DNA of 64,000 nucleotides from Ruditapes philippinarum (GCF_026571515.1 NW_026854006.1:1-64000), one strand, 5' to 3'; positions 13,260 to 27,141 are shown, counted from the stretch's first letter. Notes: generated by a model from the sequence alone, not told the origin. Numbers and translations: made by a program.

Positions 13260-14838
13260 GACATTACGCCATAGAAGAGATTGCTCCGCACACCCGGTCA
13301 TTCAGAACCTTAGACAAAACACGGTTTACAGGAAACTATTATGCCACTAAAGTGACTAATGAATTAATCTTATATAAATTGGTATATAATGCTTTTTTTG
13401 GATAGTTCAATGTATTATGGTATTTAAAAAAAGTACCAAATAACTGCATTCATGCATTAATTATGAATAAAACGTCTGGCAAAGATCTTGTTAAATTTCT
13501 CGTTGACTTCAAGGAAGATGTTTCTGACAAAATATCATTTTAGTTTACAAATTCAAATATGAAGTAGCGGAACATATAAACAGTAAAATTATATCAATAA
13601 CACAGTAGCATTTACAAATGTTTTGTTTTCGTTTTATGTGTGAAATCACTTATATATAATGCATTTGTGCATAACTTGTTAAAATTGAATGAGAAAATTG
13701 CCCTTGCGTAACTTTGTAGAATGATATATCATTATACATGTATGTATATTTGTACATTAGAGATGTTTCGTGATAAAAGGCAATAAATTAAAACCGTGCT
13801 CAGGTATGATTTTAGATATTTAATCTTAATTCATTGAGCTTTCATAGAAATATTTAGGTAGGATAATTTCACATAAAATATTCATTGCATATTCTCTCAT
13901 TTTATTTGCAAGTTCTTTTTTATACTGCAACATTTTATTGACACTATGTTAAGAACGAACAAAATATGTCATATTAGACCTTATAATGTATCATGTGATT
14001 ATGACTAGACATAATTGTAATAAAGGAAAGAAAAGAGTATTTGTTTATTTTTTTCCTTGTTTAATGCATTGTGGTATAGCCAGGCTTCATAACCTCTGAT
14101 CCCAATTCAAAATTCCATTTTATTTATTTCCGCCCATTGTTTTCTCGTTAGGGCAAACGCAATCATTTTACTTAAGGACCATATGCCGCTTTTTATGGAA
14201 AGGCACTAACGTGTCACATTGAAGGTTCCATGATAACCGACATATGAACACATCTGCGGATGTTTCAAAATTCCAAATTTTATCAGGTCATGTGAAATGT
14301 TGAATACGACTTAAGCCGGTGCTAGGGGGCATGGACGGTTACTTGCACATTCCATTACCGTCCATGATCAGGCTCAATCAAACCGAGCCTGCAACATTTT
14401 CAATTCTTTCGTTTTGTACGTTCTTTGGGGATTCTTTATTTCTCTCTATTTTAACTTTCGTCAGAGATGTAGATAACATCTAGATAATTTCTATGTCTCT
14501 GCTTTTGTACCTGCTATATAACTTATCTTCACATATACAAAGTTACAGATACAGATTTTTGTAAAATGAACTAACTGACTCCATCTGTCAATATGTCAGG
14601 ATAGTTGGTAACTTTGATATACCGATTAAATAGCTTTAAATTGACAAAAATCAAATAATTTCAATATAAATATTGCTGCACTATTGTCTTATACAAATAG
14701 CTTGTCTAAAGAAAATGGCGGATTTTGCAGACATCTTAGCGTGAAACTGCAGACATCTGAGCGTGAAACTGATAACGATCGCCCACTGGCTTAACTGTAA
14801 GAGCCCCTGCAAGCTTGATTGACAGGCGGCGTAATGTC
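13260..14838. mobile_element. Non-autonomous TIR element with AATT TSD (Sola-like)
   Basis: Perfect 11-bp TIR GACATTACGCC / GGCGTAATGTC; AATT at 13256-13259 and 14839-14842; removing it restores the LINE QGSILGP motif. Confidence 0.8.
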
Positions 14839-15744
14839 AATTCTTGGTCCCCTTTCGTTTCTTACTACATCAACGACATCGTAAATGACATAACTTCTAA
14901 CATAAAACTTTTTGCGGATGACACGAGTTTGTATATAGTCGTAGATATCCCACTTACTGCAGCAACCAGTCTTAACTCAGGCTTAGATCGGATACATTCT
15001 TGGGCCAATACTTGACTTGTTTCTTTTAATCCAGAAAAAACAAGAACAATTACTTTTTCAAGGAAATTATCTAAACTGTCTCACCCTACACTTAGTTATA
15101 GCTCAGGGCACATCACATAAACATCTTGGTGTAACTTTATCTCATGATGCCCGTTGGAAAACTCATATTCATCTATTACTTGATAAGGCCTGGAAAAGAA
15201 TCGGACTACTCAGAAGTTTTAAATTTCTTTCATCATGAAGAAGTTTAGAACGCATGTATTATTCATTCGTCCGCCCACTTCTTGAATATACTGATGAAGT
15301 CTTGGATAACTTAACTGACGAACTAAATAAGGAAATAGAATCCGCTCAAAATGAAGCAGCCGCAGGCCTAGCAGGCGCTAGGAAACTGTGTAACATTAAC
15401 AAATTCATCAGTGAACTCGGTTGGGAATCGTTAGAAAATAAAAGAAACAAACACAAATCAATCTTATTGTATAAAATGAAAAAAAAAACATATATCACAT
15501 TCTTATCTTTAAAATCTTCTAACTCCCACCCAACAAAGTACATATAACCTTAGACATATTGCCGATTTATCTCCAGTTCCAATCAGAACACATTTATACT
15601 CAAAATCATTTCTACCTTCTATTATTCGAACCTGGAATTCTCTTCCTGAAACACTTCGATCTAGTCCAACAGTAAGCTCATTCAAGTCCAAAATAACTTC
15701 GAATATCAAAAGACCACTTTACTATAATACAGGCACACATCAAG

Positions 15745-17289
15745 ACAAGTAGAGGTTTTGATGCTAAAGCATCAAGTCGCCGGATAGAAAAATGATTGTA
15801 TTATCATAAATATAATGAAATATCAGTTTAATTAATGGTTCAAGTAAAAAGAAAAAAGGAACAATATGTTGAGTACGTGTTTATTCATAATGAACATCAC
15901 ATTTGAAGCAAACTTGCTTAGCAATACTGTCAAGGAACTGTTATAATTATTAAATAAGCAAGCATTGTTTGGCAATATTGACCTGAGAGTCATTAATTTT
16001 CGGGAGGTGTTTCGTTAGTTTACGTAACTTATGATTAATGCTAAAAATGTTATTGATAGTATAGATATCGATATTAAATCAATTAATATTGCTCGATTGC
16101 CTAGTGGTAAGTATGACGAAGTTGTGACCTAGTAGGCCAAGTTCGAATCTTTGAAAATCCTTTTTGTAGTTTTCATAAAAATATTTTTTATTATTTCTTT
16201 TAACTTTATGAAACATAAGTTGATAAAGCAAGATGACTTTGAAAATATACATGTTTTAATTATTGCATGCAACAACGCAATTCTGTCGTAAAAGTGGTAT
16301 CTGCATAAAAGAAATTATTCTTATGCGCTATCGAAAAAATATATAATTAAGTTGAAATCAATATTCCTGTCGTTACATACGATATAGTTAACGTTTAATT
16401 GCCTTTGATACAATATCAACAAAAAGATATTTTATTAGTTTTTTTTTCTATATATCTAATACGATTCCGGATCCCTACCGTCATACCGTTTTGGTAACCT
16501 GCGCGACGGAAATCGACGGAATATAACGAAGACGACGATTCAATAAATGTGCCTCGTTAGCAATCTATTTTGTGATGTTCAACCTAAACTAAACTATTGA
16601 ACGTTGACAGAAAGGGCCAAGTTTATAAAGGTTTTAAAAATTTATTCCTTATGAGTATACAGACCTTTCTAATGATATAAAATATGAAACTGATTAATGA
16701 AAAATAACTTTGTAATTATTTATACAGAATTACTATGATTTGCATCATCAGCCGCCATACCTACAAGCTACCTGTATGTCTTATCAGCAATCTGTTACTA
16801 TTAATAGATTTTATAACAATAACATACAACGTGTAGTCACGTGATTCTTACAGAACAGGGAGAATCTGTTTATAATTAGATAAAATATTGAAATATAATA
16901 GGTCTCATAAGATATAAACAACCAAATAATTTAAAAGTCATTTAAAATATCATTCATGATTTTTCTATCATAAAATAGCAACGCTTGACACTTAAAATAA
17001 GTAAAAGTTTCCCTAAATTCAATGACTGGTCCATAGGGATACATTATTAATTCATTTTATGACAATTGTAATGTTGCTTTTAAAGATGTCAATATTTGTA
17101 TATTTCATTTCATTGAGCAACGTAATTTTATGTTTGAATTTTTAGGATTATGAAAATTAATTGTGGTCCTTAGTTGTTCAATAATTGTTTTGTTTTTATA
17201 TTCAAATTTTAAGGCCTTCTCCTACCATAGATATAATATTAAACTGTTACAAATATACATGTAGTCGCCTGTTTCTACCGGCGACTAAT
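15745..17289. mobile_element. Non-autonomous Helentron-type element (HINE) nested in LINE
   Basis: Stem-loop ttgatgct-aa-agcatcaa, sub-TIR agtcgccgg(a)tagaaa matching tttctaccggcgact, terminal hairpin tagtcgcc...ggcgacta; no clear TSD; LINE coding resumes on both sides. Confidence 0.75.
16091..16151 (+). repeat. tRNA-like SINE head relic (A/B boxes)
   Basis: A-box-like tgcctagtggta and B-box-like agttcgaatct with tRNA-like spacing, but no intact cloverleaf. Confidence 0.35.
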
Positions 17290-18891
17290 CAAATCCTTCA
17301 CACAAGATTAAGATTAGGATGTAGGTCATTGAACGAGGATCTTTTCGAAGGTTTATTGTGGGAAGCCCAATATGCACACGCGGAATGAGAGAAACTGTAT
17401 CTCATTTCTTATTGCAATATACCGAATACAGAAATATACGTCAGGATTTCTCACTAATCTAAATTGTCCGGCTACAGTAAATAACCATCTTTACGGCAAC
17501 GAACATCTCTCACTTGATGAAAACAAAACCCTCTTTCAGAATGTTCAAAAATTCATTACACAATCGAAGCGCTGTTTGTAAGAATTACTATCAGTGTGAA
17601 TAAACTTGGTCTTTCCGTTCCCTCATATATCTTTACATGTTAATCTTAAGTATTAAACTTCTATATATTCAATCATATCTTTCCTTTCTTCCTTTCTTGT
17701 AACATTTCACCATAATTTACCTTAGTTTCTCTAAAGTGATAATTCAACAATCAATTATTCTCTTATTCTTCGTTGTACATTCAGAGCATACATCTATGAA
17801 GAATAAAGGATTGAGGTTGTTACTACAGTTAATTGAAATTAAAATAATTTTTAAACATCGAATAATATGTAAAACATGTTCTTCAAATATTTGTGCAAAT
17901 TATATGTAATCAATAAAATACATGCATTCATTTCTTATTGAAAAATTTGACTTAGATTTTATAGAAAGTATATTTCTAATTACCTCCCTTTATTTACATG
18001 AATGTTAAATTCGGTAATATCTTTATAAATAATGCTTTTTGGGACTTACAATATTGATAAATCTTAATTTGAGCATCATATTTATGATATAAAGCCATAA
18101 AAATATGTTACAGGATCTTTAAAAAAAACATGCACCCAAAAAGTAAGCGTAATACACAACGTTTGCATGTTTTCATTGAAGCGCGCCGTAAACCAATCTC
18201 CTACGCAATGATCTCCCCTTATCAGTCTGCCGAGCAAGTTAATCAACCGACTATTCAAGGTTTTTCACATTATCATATATATGATTTTAACTTAACATAC
18301 AAAAGTCATTCTAATGACAAAGGATGTTCCTAAAATATGCATCAAAATAACCGATTATTTAAATTTCTTATTTAAAAACTAAACAATCTTAAAAATTGAA
18401 TCACGTGTATGTAAACTGACATGCACACTAGAAACTGATCACTGCAACTCAACCTTACTCATGTAACGTTTAACTATAGGTCAATTTGATAAAATAAAAT
18501 CAACCACTGACTACTGTCTTACTCATGCGGTTTATCTAACCGTAACGTCTTGCCGTCACTTTGCCGCCGCTTAACTACGTTAGAAGTACAGTTAACAAAA
18601 AACAAAACAAAAAAACGTATTTGTTTAAAGTGTCAACGAACAATAAGATTTTAGACCTTTTAGTTATTTATTTTAATTCTATTGAATTTGGAAAATAGTT
18701 CAATAGTAATTTGATTTTATTCATTTCTATACATTCTTTGCTTATATTAGTAAAAATTTGTATTTTCGTTACTAATATTTCCGATGTCCTGCTTTACCAT
18801 CCCTTATGTAAGCGATTTAGTAATCATAGCAATTTTGGAGAAATTTATTATGCTAATTGAAAATTTACCTGAACGATTTTTATATGGTGAT

Positions 18892-19015
18892 TGTTTGTTT
18901 GTTTGTTTGTTTCATTTTACGCCTTTTCCAACAGTATTTCAGTCATATAGGCGGGTAGTTTCCTAACCATCGTTCCTGGAGAGTTACACCAGTACTAGAC
19001 TACCTTCTTCCGCGC
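18892..19015 (-). mobile_element. 5'-truncated SINE with 12-bp TSD
   Basis: (GTTT)n tail on + (AAAC on -), body caacagtatttcagtcat..., flanked by ttatatggtgat at 18880-18891 and 19016-19027. Confidence 0.75.
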
Positions 19016-19728
19016 TTATATGGTGATATCTTGGTGATTTTATGCTCTATGAGTATAAGAGACCAGGTAAATGGTACAAACGATTCCGTCTAGCGAACCG
19101 GGTATGTAGACTTCAATCAAGAATGTTAAAAATTACACTGTCACTCCTGCTGTAATTTATCTATCTGATATCATTTCATCTTGTTTGTTACTAGGTAACT
19201 TACGCCCAAAACATTTAGAGCTCATTACCAACATAACGAAACAAAAGTTCAGATCTTCTTATGTTTACATGTAAATATGGCTGATCGATAAGAGCTCACC
19301 TTCTTGTGACCTTCCAATCAGCCAATCAGTGGCCGCGTTCGCGTTCATAATTTCTATTTTAATTATTGGGAAACCAGGAGAGTGTAGCGATTTTCAGGTT
19401 TTCAAGATAATATACAGTTCAGGTAAACAACAATGGCTTATAAAAAGACTAGAATCGACGCTTAGATACCAAAAATGATAGTATACATGTTTCAAAGAAA
19501 TTTTATTCCAAATATCAACTTCAGGTTTTTTTCTAAGGCAACATTGATGACTTGTCTGACTTCACGGGTAATTCAAAATAATTTTCTGTTAGGTTAGCTA
19601 AAATTAAGTTTTCGGAAATGTAAATCGGCTAGAATTACTGGCGATTAGATCTAGTCATGTATACATAAGAAGAGCTGAACTTAAGTCAGAGTGAGCAGAG
19701 TATTAAACGTTGTAAAAGAATGAATTAC

Positions 19729-19814
19729 CTATCTCTGACATTTTCAGCTTCTGTTTTCATTTCTTTTGCTTTGTCTGATATTTGTTCGAGCATATCTCTG
19801 ATTATTTTACTTTT
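19729..19814 (-). CDS. Gene B exon (KSKIIRDMLEQISDKAKEMKTEAENVRDR)
   Basis: Acceptor ttttttaattacag, donor AG|gtaatt, 86 nt, phase 0 to 2, matching both neighbours. Confidence 0.85.
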
Positions 19815-20034
19815 CTGTAATTAAAAAATATGATATTTCTTATTTTTGTAATTATTATTCTATTCGTAAACTACTTTGATATACCACAATAATGGTTGTG
19901 CATGTATTTAATGTAAAGCTTTAATAATGTTGCCTTGCAACACATTTAACTTTGTTGATATTTTATTATCAACATCAAATTGTGCTAATAAAACTCATTA
20001 TTGTTTGAACCTCAGATAACAAGAGATACTTTAC

Positions 20035-20155
20035 CCTCTTTTTGATGACTTTTTTCATCATCGGCATCATTTCATTTGCTACATATTCTGCTGTTGTCAT
20101 GAACTGCTTCATAAGTCCTGAGCACATTCCATGTTGCATTCTTGAATGTCTGTGA
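20035..20155 (-). pseudogene. Gene B exon with frame lesions (VTDIQECNMECAQ/GLMKQFMTTAEYVANEMMPMMKKVIKKR)
   Basis: Donor AGG|gtaaag in phase with the next exon; acceptor ...gcatttgatatag; adding one G at the acceptor and one at CAGGA gives an open 41-codon exon. Confidence 0.6.
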
Positions 20156-20339
20156 CTATATCAAATGCGTATGAAAAAAGCCCGTTTAGTACACTTTCAA
20201 ACAGACAAAACTTGGAGGTTGAGACCTTTATGAAATTACTTGCAACTGTCATGTCCGCTGAAACGATATTGCGTCTTCTGGCAACAAATACAAAATCAAA
20301 TTATTTTTTTTCTGAATAATTTACTCTTTATAATTTGTG

Positions 20340-23300
20340 TACACGCTCGGCAAACTGTCTCTCCACTTCAAAATTAGGTAAAACGAGTGAACGGCATTTC
20401 AGAGATAGAGCGGAAGGCCGATTTAAACCATGTAAACGGGTAATTGTATATATTGTTTAGGTTTTATTATCTTGTTATTCATTTAAACTGTATTTTTTCG
20501 AAAAACGGAAAATGTAGTTCCGTGTAGGATTGAGTTAGGCTTCCAATGATCTAAGCTGTTACAAAAAGAAAATTATTTTAAGCCCGGGAGAACTTTTCTT
20601 CCTGACGAAGCGGACGACGATTTGTAGGATATTGAACTTCCCAACCATTGAAATGCCATAATCTTCGGATTTCTTGAATAAATGTATTAGAAAAATATCA
20701 ACCCGTAATAAGAACTTGTCCTTCGTGCAACTGAAGGATTTCTTAAATTTGTAAATCGATATTTTTCGAAAGTAGTGGAGCCAAATGGCAAGAGATGGAG
20801 CAAAAGGGTCGATGTTGAGCACAAGGCGATATTAATTTGACGTATAAGGAGGAGCATAGTCTATGAATTTTTATATATAAAAGCTATAGAAGTTAGAAAG
20901 ACGTGATAAAGTGTTGAGGCCGAGATATACGAGGGTTGTTCAAAAAGTAATAGGACTAAGAGTCTTATGTCTCCATATTCCATTAGATTTTAAATATTTT
21001 CATATCCACGGCAAAAGTTAATTGTTTTCTACAACTTCAGCATAAGTTTATTGAATTATTGCGCTAAACGCGTGTTCCCTGTGATATTAAATAACCATGG
21101 TAACACGCACCCGGCGCAGCGCATCAAAAATATTTTGACGCTAATTTGTACTTTCAGTTTATTCATAATATGTTGTCTTTTCCCCCTAATATTTCACCAA
21201 CACATTTTATCATATTAAAGTGTCATGTTGTCCAAATTTGACGTCATTCAGACAAGAAATCGCTAAACTATAACGTTTAAAACAGCAGTGATAATCGCGT
21301 TAAATGTAGAAAAATGACGTTCGTTGAAAAACTTAAAATGTGTACGATCATTAAATTTTGCCAACAGATAGGCCCTACTCCTTCAGCTACGTATGAAAAG
21401 ATTAAATTTTCACAGAACAATAATTAGGCAATTTGGACACACGTTTTCAGCTGAGAAAGCAGTTCAAAGACGGTGAATATGAGATCACAGACACGAAAGG
21501 GCTAGGGAGAAAGCGGAAAATTGACGGACGTTAGAGACGTTAATTGCAATAGCGCTACAAAAGTATCGGCGACATACAGTCCGCGAACTGTCCGGCATGT
21601 TTGATGTTTGCATCGGGTATACTGTTTCAGTTCTAAGAAAATTATTGAATAGGGGAAATATGTTTTAAACACTATTTTATTTTATTAGATATATATATAT
21701 ATATGTGTGTGTGTGTTATCATTGAATAAATTTGATAATGATACGCGGTAATTATTGGTATCAATTTTTATCGATTTCGTTTAATAAATGATAGCCTGTG
21801 CTCAGAAGAAGAGAATATTTTTCAATTAATAAGCATTTTTAATTTACTGTACATAATCATATTGTTTTAAGAATGTAAGATGGCATGTGTAAATAAATAT
21901 TATAAATCACTTTGTCATTTACATTATATGTCAATGCCCGTTTAGCTTCCACAATACTCAAAATCACGAGATCAAACCGAAAGTTGCCGGCCACCGGGCA
22001 TGTTTCGAATAAAGAAATGAAAATGCGATTGCTTTTTTTTCGCTACATCTCCACAGATGAGTTATGGTTATAGTTACATGATTCAAGCACCTAGAACATT
22101 GTGGAGAATAATTTCAGAAAGAATGACGCTGTTTACATTTTGAATTTATTTTGCGACGTCATGAACGTCATTTATTTAACAATTAGCGTGCGCCGGGTCG
22201 CGTACCCCTTGTCATTTGTAAGTTGTACAGAATTGTTGTTTTTAAACATATTGTATTGATTTTTTCACTGTATATAGAGGACAAATTCCGATATTCGATT
22301 TTTGTAAACTCGTGTACGTAGATGAAAAAATGTGAACAGTAGAGCTGCAGTCCTATTACTTTTTGAACAACCCTCGTATATACACCTTTAAAAGACAACT
22401 AATAAAATCCTTTCATAATAAATGTAATCGCGAAGGTGTCACTTATGACTGCCGCATAGATTCCATTATTTAAGTTCCACATTTGGATGAGGCCCGATCA
22501 TTGAATCATATGTATGGCGTAATACAGGATGCCACTTATTCGATGTCAATCATGATTTTTGACACGGTTATGCTCATTTAAAAACGTGTGTCCGTGCAAA
22601 TTCCACAAAATCGAATACTTTCTACCGCGAACAATTTTTTAAGAGCAAGTACGTGTAACGCGATGGTTCCCGCCAAAATGTTATGTTTTTCGAAAAATTA
22701 GATATTCGAGGTACAGAACAGAAAAAAATGATGAAATACACGGGACAATGTAGTCCTGTAAATATGACGTGGCTTTGAGATATTTTTGCTTCTGGACAAA
22801 GGAACGTCATATTGCTCTAAAACGCATAGCACGTTCCGCCAGAAAATCAGGCGGAACGAAAAAACAATTAAGACAGCGTGTGTTTACATTAATTTTGACC
22901 TATATATGAACAAAACTAAAAAATGAATACATGTACCTTTAAACAAAATAATTAAACTGTCACATTCGAAAAATCATAATGAAATCCTCTCAAGTCATTA
23001 AATTTCATATACAGCTGATAAACAAATGGCCGCCATACTGTGTGCGAAATCTGATTGGCTAATTTAAATGCAAACGTTTAACTGAGTCAGACAATTGTAA
23101 TGGAATATTACTTAACGAAATAATTGCCCATGCACCGTCAGTGTGTTTGAATATATTTTTCCGTTCAAAAATTTGGAATCAATCTGTAAAGCGCCTTACT
23201 TAGCCAGTATGGCCGATAGACAAAAATAGATTGATGTTTATATTTTAATTTAAATTGATAAGTACATTGTTTGAGAGTTTTTGTTTATGATTGAGCATGA

Positions 23301-24527
23301 AATTGATAGAAAAGAACATAAGCTTTTATATAAAGATTGAAAGTCAAGACAATAGGCATTTTTAATTTTTTTATGATGCTATGCGTTTATGAGCAATCAC
23401 TATTAGACGTCAGGGGCTTGACCGACATAAACTATAACAAGCCTGTAACGTCTGATATATTAGACTAGGGACAATGAAATTAAATCAATCACTACTACCG
23501 AGTTCATTTTACTATGACTTTCTGTAATTAAAAGCTCTAATGTACATGTTCAGGGAAAACACAAATAAGCCACGTTTTCATGAATTTGTAAGGTGGGGAT
23601 ACTCTATGAAAATGGTTGACAAGGTGTCAGTCGTTCTATGGAATTAACAAGTGGTTCAGTAATGTTTCAAGATACTTCGTCCCTTATTTAACATTGTTGT
23701 TTAGTTTATTATTTTCCTCTCAAAGTGTTAATTAGAAATGTTTACTTTTATGATAAAACACTGCCGTACAAATCTTGGTTTAAGAAAAACTTAAGTTAAA
23801 GAACTATCTTTAAAAAGTGGTTTCTTTATTTAGAGAATCTATGAATAAAACGAACGTAATAAAAAAGGCAGTGCTCAGTCGGTGTACGGACAAAAATAAT
23901 CAATAATTGATAGACCTAGTAGAAATAAATTAATATATTATCATATTTCTCCGACTTCACATTTTAGTACGTCTATCTTAGCTTTAATGATTTTATTTAT
24001 AGAAATTCGTAGGCCAACTTGATATCGCCTCGCGCCCAACAACCGACCTTTCGCTCCATCTCTTGCCATTTGGCTTCACTACTTTCGAAAACAATCTATA
24101 TACAAATTTAAAAATTCCACCAATAGTAATTTATTTTGCACGAAGGATTAGCTCTTGTTACGGTTGATATTTTTCTAAAACCTCTTTTCTAGAAATCCAA
24201 AGTGTAGAGCGTTTCCATGGTTGGAAATTTGATATTTAACAAATCGTCGTTCGCTTCTTCAGGGAGAAAAGTTTTCCCGGGCTTAATATTATTTTCTTTT
24301 TGTAACAGCTTAGATCATTGGAAGCCTAAATCAATCCTACAAGAACTACATTCATTTGATCGATTTTTGAAAAAAAATACTTGAATGAAATATAAGACAA
24401 AAACATAAACAAAAGTTACAATTAGCCGTTTAAATCGGCCTTCCGCTCTATCTCTGAAATGCCGTTCGCTCGTTTTACCGTACACCACAATTTTGAAGTA
24501 GAGCGACAGCTTGCCGGGCGTGGTGTA
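20340..24527. mobile_element. ~4.2-kb non-autonomous element with ~550-bp terminal inverted repeats
   Basis: About 20340-20900 is the diverged reverse complement of about 23980-24527 (e.g. aacggcatttcagagatagagcggaaggccgatttaaa and ttaggcttccaatgatctaagctgttacaaaaagaaaa); TA-flanked; contains a nested mariner. Confidence 0.8.
20930..22376 (+). mobile_element. Non-autonomous mariner-type element
   Basis: Perfect 28-bp TIR cgagggttgttcaaaaagtaataggact with TA TSD; degenerate transposase N-terminus MTFVEKLKMCTIIKFCQQIG at about 21314. Confidence 0.9.
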
Positions 24528-24558
24528 TGTATGAATAAATATTTGCTGAATGTTTTAC

Positions 24559-24690
24559 CTTTCCTGCCTCAACAGGATGTTTCTTTAGTTGAAGATAACA
24601 TACTTCCAGAAACTTGCCAACTTCCAATTGTGAAAACTGTAGCCTTTGGAGTGGACCAGAAATGTCCAGTTCATCGGTTGCAACTCTTGT
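24559..24690 (-). CDS. Gene B exon (TRVATDELDISGPLQRLQFSQLEVGKFLEVCYLQLKKHPVEAGK)
   Basis: Acceptor tgtttatgtag, donor AAG|gtaaaa, 132 nt, only frame 0 is open. Confidence 0.7.
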
Positions 24691-25452
24691 CTACATAAAC
24701 ATAACACAATGCAATGAGTTAGTTTTGAATTCATTTTAGCAAACAGCTTCTTAAAGCAGCTGACCTCCAGAAGATAGCAGAAAAACTGTCGTCTTGCTAA
24801 TATTTCAAAATTCCCCCATCTCAAAAACATTATATTGTTGAAAGAAATCGAAATGACACTTCAAGATGTTCATATTTTAACCATATTGCACTGAAAACAA
24901 ACATTTCTCGTTTCCACCGACGGGAAATACCTTCTTTTATTATACCACGGAATTCTTTCATCCGGTATCACGTGATCGTACAGGACAATATCGCGACCTA
25001 TGCTCCGGAACGCACGGAATCCGGAATTTTATCAAACATACAGGGATACGAATAACTGTTTTTGTTTTTATATTTGTAGTAATTCATGGCACTAGAAATA
25101 ATAATTGATTAATTATTTCATATATATGATGACCAATTTATCGATTTAACCTTTCGCTTGAAAAATGACAGGGGCCTACTTAATGACGAAAATTGATAAA
25201 CGATCCCGGGCATACCGGATAGCGGGATTTTTCCGTATCACTGTTGTGACACGTGAACGATCTTCTCCTATTTATATTGGCTACTGCGTTAGTAACGTAG
25301 TCGATTATGAAAAAGAAAACCCGATATATTAACGCTTTTGTCAACATTCTTTCTTGAATTAAGGTGTCAGTAATGATGGATTTATACAATAAACCTAACT
25401 AGATCAGTATTTACCATTTACTTGAAATTTTATTTCATTTTTTTCATTTTAC

Positions 25453-25469
25453 CATCTGGAGGTCAGTGG
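25453..25469 (-). CDS. Candidate gene B start micro-exon ending in ATG
   Basis: ttttaaag|CCACTGACCTCCAGATG|gtaaaa; phase 0 join gives MTRVATDEL. Confidence 0.35.
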
Positions 25470-27141
25470 CTTTAAAAGGCATGAAAGCGATTATTTTTTT
25501 AAATTTCATTTCCTTTTCAAATCACTCTTATTGATTCTGTTTAGAAAGCCATTACATTAAACATTTTGAAAACAAAAATAATAAAAAAAATAACATACCG
25601 CATGATTTGCACACTACACGGATCTGTTATTTTTGTCAATATTTACCTTCAGTACAGTGTGGTTAGGGAATAAAAAGTATTGACACAGCATAAAATCATT
25701 TAATACATAATGAATCAAGGAACCAACTTTTTACTGAAAGACATATAAGCTTAACATTTGATATACACAATTAATGTCATTTCATGACATGAAATGAATA
25801 TCTACATTGTAAATCAAAATTGCTAAAAACATCACAATCAAAATTTTAAGTCGAAAAAGAAAGAAATGACTTAGATGATTATTATATAGCTAGAAAATGA
25901 ATAGACAAAAGAGTTTAACATGTATAGATTCTGTTCAAGATAAATAGAAACATTAAATAAATTAACCACATTTGGTATGTATGTACATTTTTGTTTAAAA
26001 GCTTGCTGAATATACTAAGTGATAGCCGGACAATATCAATATGCACTATATAAACACAATTTTTTTAAAACATAAATGCGTCATTAGACATTGTCACACA
26101 TATGAGTGTTTCCAAAGATTATAGGGCCCGACAGGTCTGCCAAGAACAGCCTATTTGACGTCAGTTAATGGCTCGAAACTTACATGGAGATCCCTATAGC
26201 CAATTCATGATAGATAGTAAGTCTAAAATGATGTGTACCACTAGTAATGTAATTCGCATTTTTATTACATTATGTACAAGAACAATCTCCGTGGAAAATT
26301 AACATTTAACATAACGATAAGTTCGAGTAAACAAACAGTTATGAAAAAGACAAAAGTTAACAATTTATTTGGATGCGACGAACATGGTTAACATTTTTAA
26401 ATAAAGGTAAGTATACTATGTAGATAAATGAACAATATTTACCAAACGTTATGTTTCGTTATATGAATATATTTAACGTTTGATAAATAAATCCGGAATG
26501 ACTTGTTACCTTAAATACAGTTGCCCTTTTATTAACTCTTTTATACATGTATTTACCCTTCTGAACTGTTTCAATAAATTGAAAATTGAGTGTAGTAATG
26601 CATTTTAAAAAAATTTAACATTTCAGACTTTATTTGAATTCATTTTTTCTGTTAAATCTATGATGTGTATTGCTTTAGCCTTACATACATTTATGTGAAC
26701 ATGTGCATGTGTCATAGCTCAATAGCCCTTGCTAATAATCTAAGTTTTAATGTATAGCAAAACGTGAATGTGCCACACGCTGACGCTTGGCTTGAAATTC
26801 ATGAACAGTATATCATTAAAAATGCAAACCAAATAGATCGCCCAAGACGACAATTTTATGTGTTTTTTAATAGTACAAATAAGTTAAGAAGCAATACGAG
26901 TATATCTTTATGAATTTGGCATTGAAAGTTAATAGTTTTAAAAGAGAAACATATTATCGTATATGGGGCAAATGCTCTGCTTACTTTCTAGATGTTAATC
27001 TGTTTTTGTTAAAAACAAAACACATTGTTACAAGATGTGAAAAAAAAAATAAAACGTTTTTTTTTTCAAAACTTTATCAGTTTTAACGTCTCCATATTTG
27101 TATGTAAATGAATTGATCCATATTATGTAGAAAATTTTCCT

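Larger units (their letters stand above)
12800..17920 (+). mobile_element. CR1-type LINE (RT to 3' end), split by two nested DNA elements
   Basis: NYRPISLLSCIGKLMER, EVRAVFCDIS.AFDRVWH, PQGS|ILGP (split by insertion), IKLFADDTSLY, YYSFVRPLLEY, then QILHTRLRLGC after the second insertion; AATAAA near 17912. Confidence 0.9.
4014..25455 (-). pseudogene. Gene B: multi-exon coiled-coil protein, possibly alpha-pore-forming-toxin-like; frame-disrupted, 3' end not found
   Basis: GT-AG exons 25453-25469, 24559-24690, 20035-20155, 19729-19814, 11151-11377, 6168-6307, (6037-6128) and 4014-4164. Junctions from 20035 to 6168 are phase-compatible, and 6168 joins 4164 in frame if 6037-6128 is skipped. Exon 20035-20155 is 121 nt (needs +2); exon 6037-6128 has stops. 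Confidence 0.7.

Noticed and set aside
16091-16151. Possible tRNA gene
   Set aside because: A/B boxes only; acceptor and anticodon stems do not pair; embedded in a repeat.
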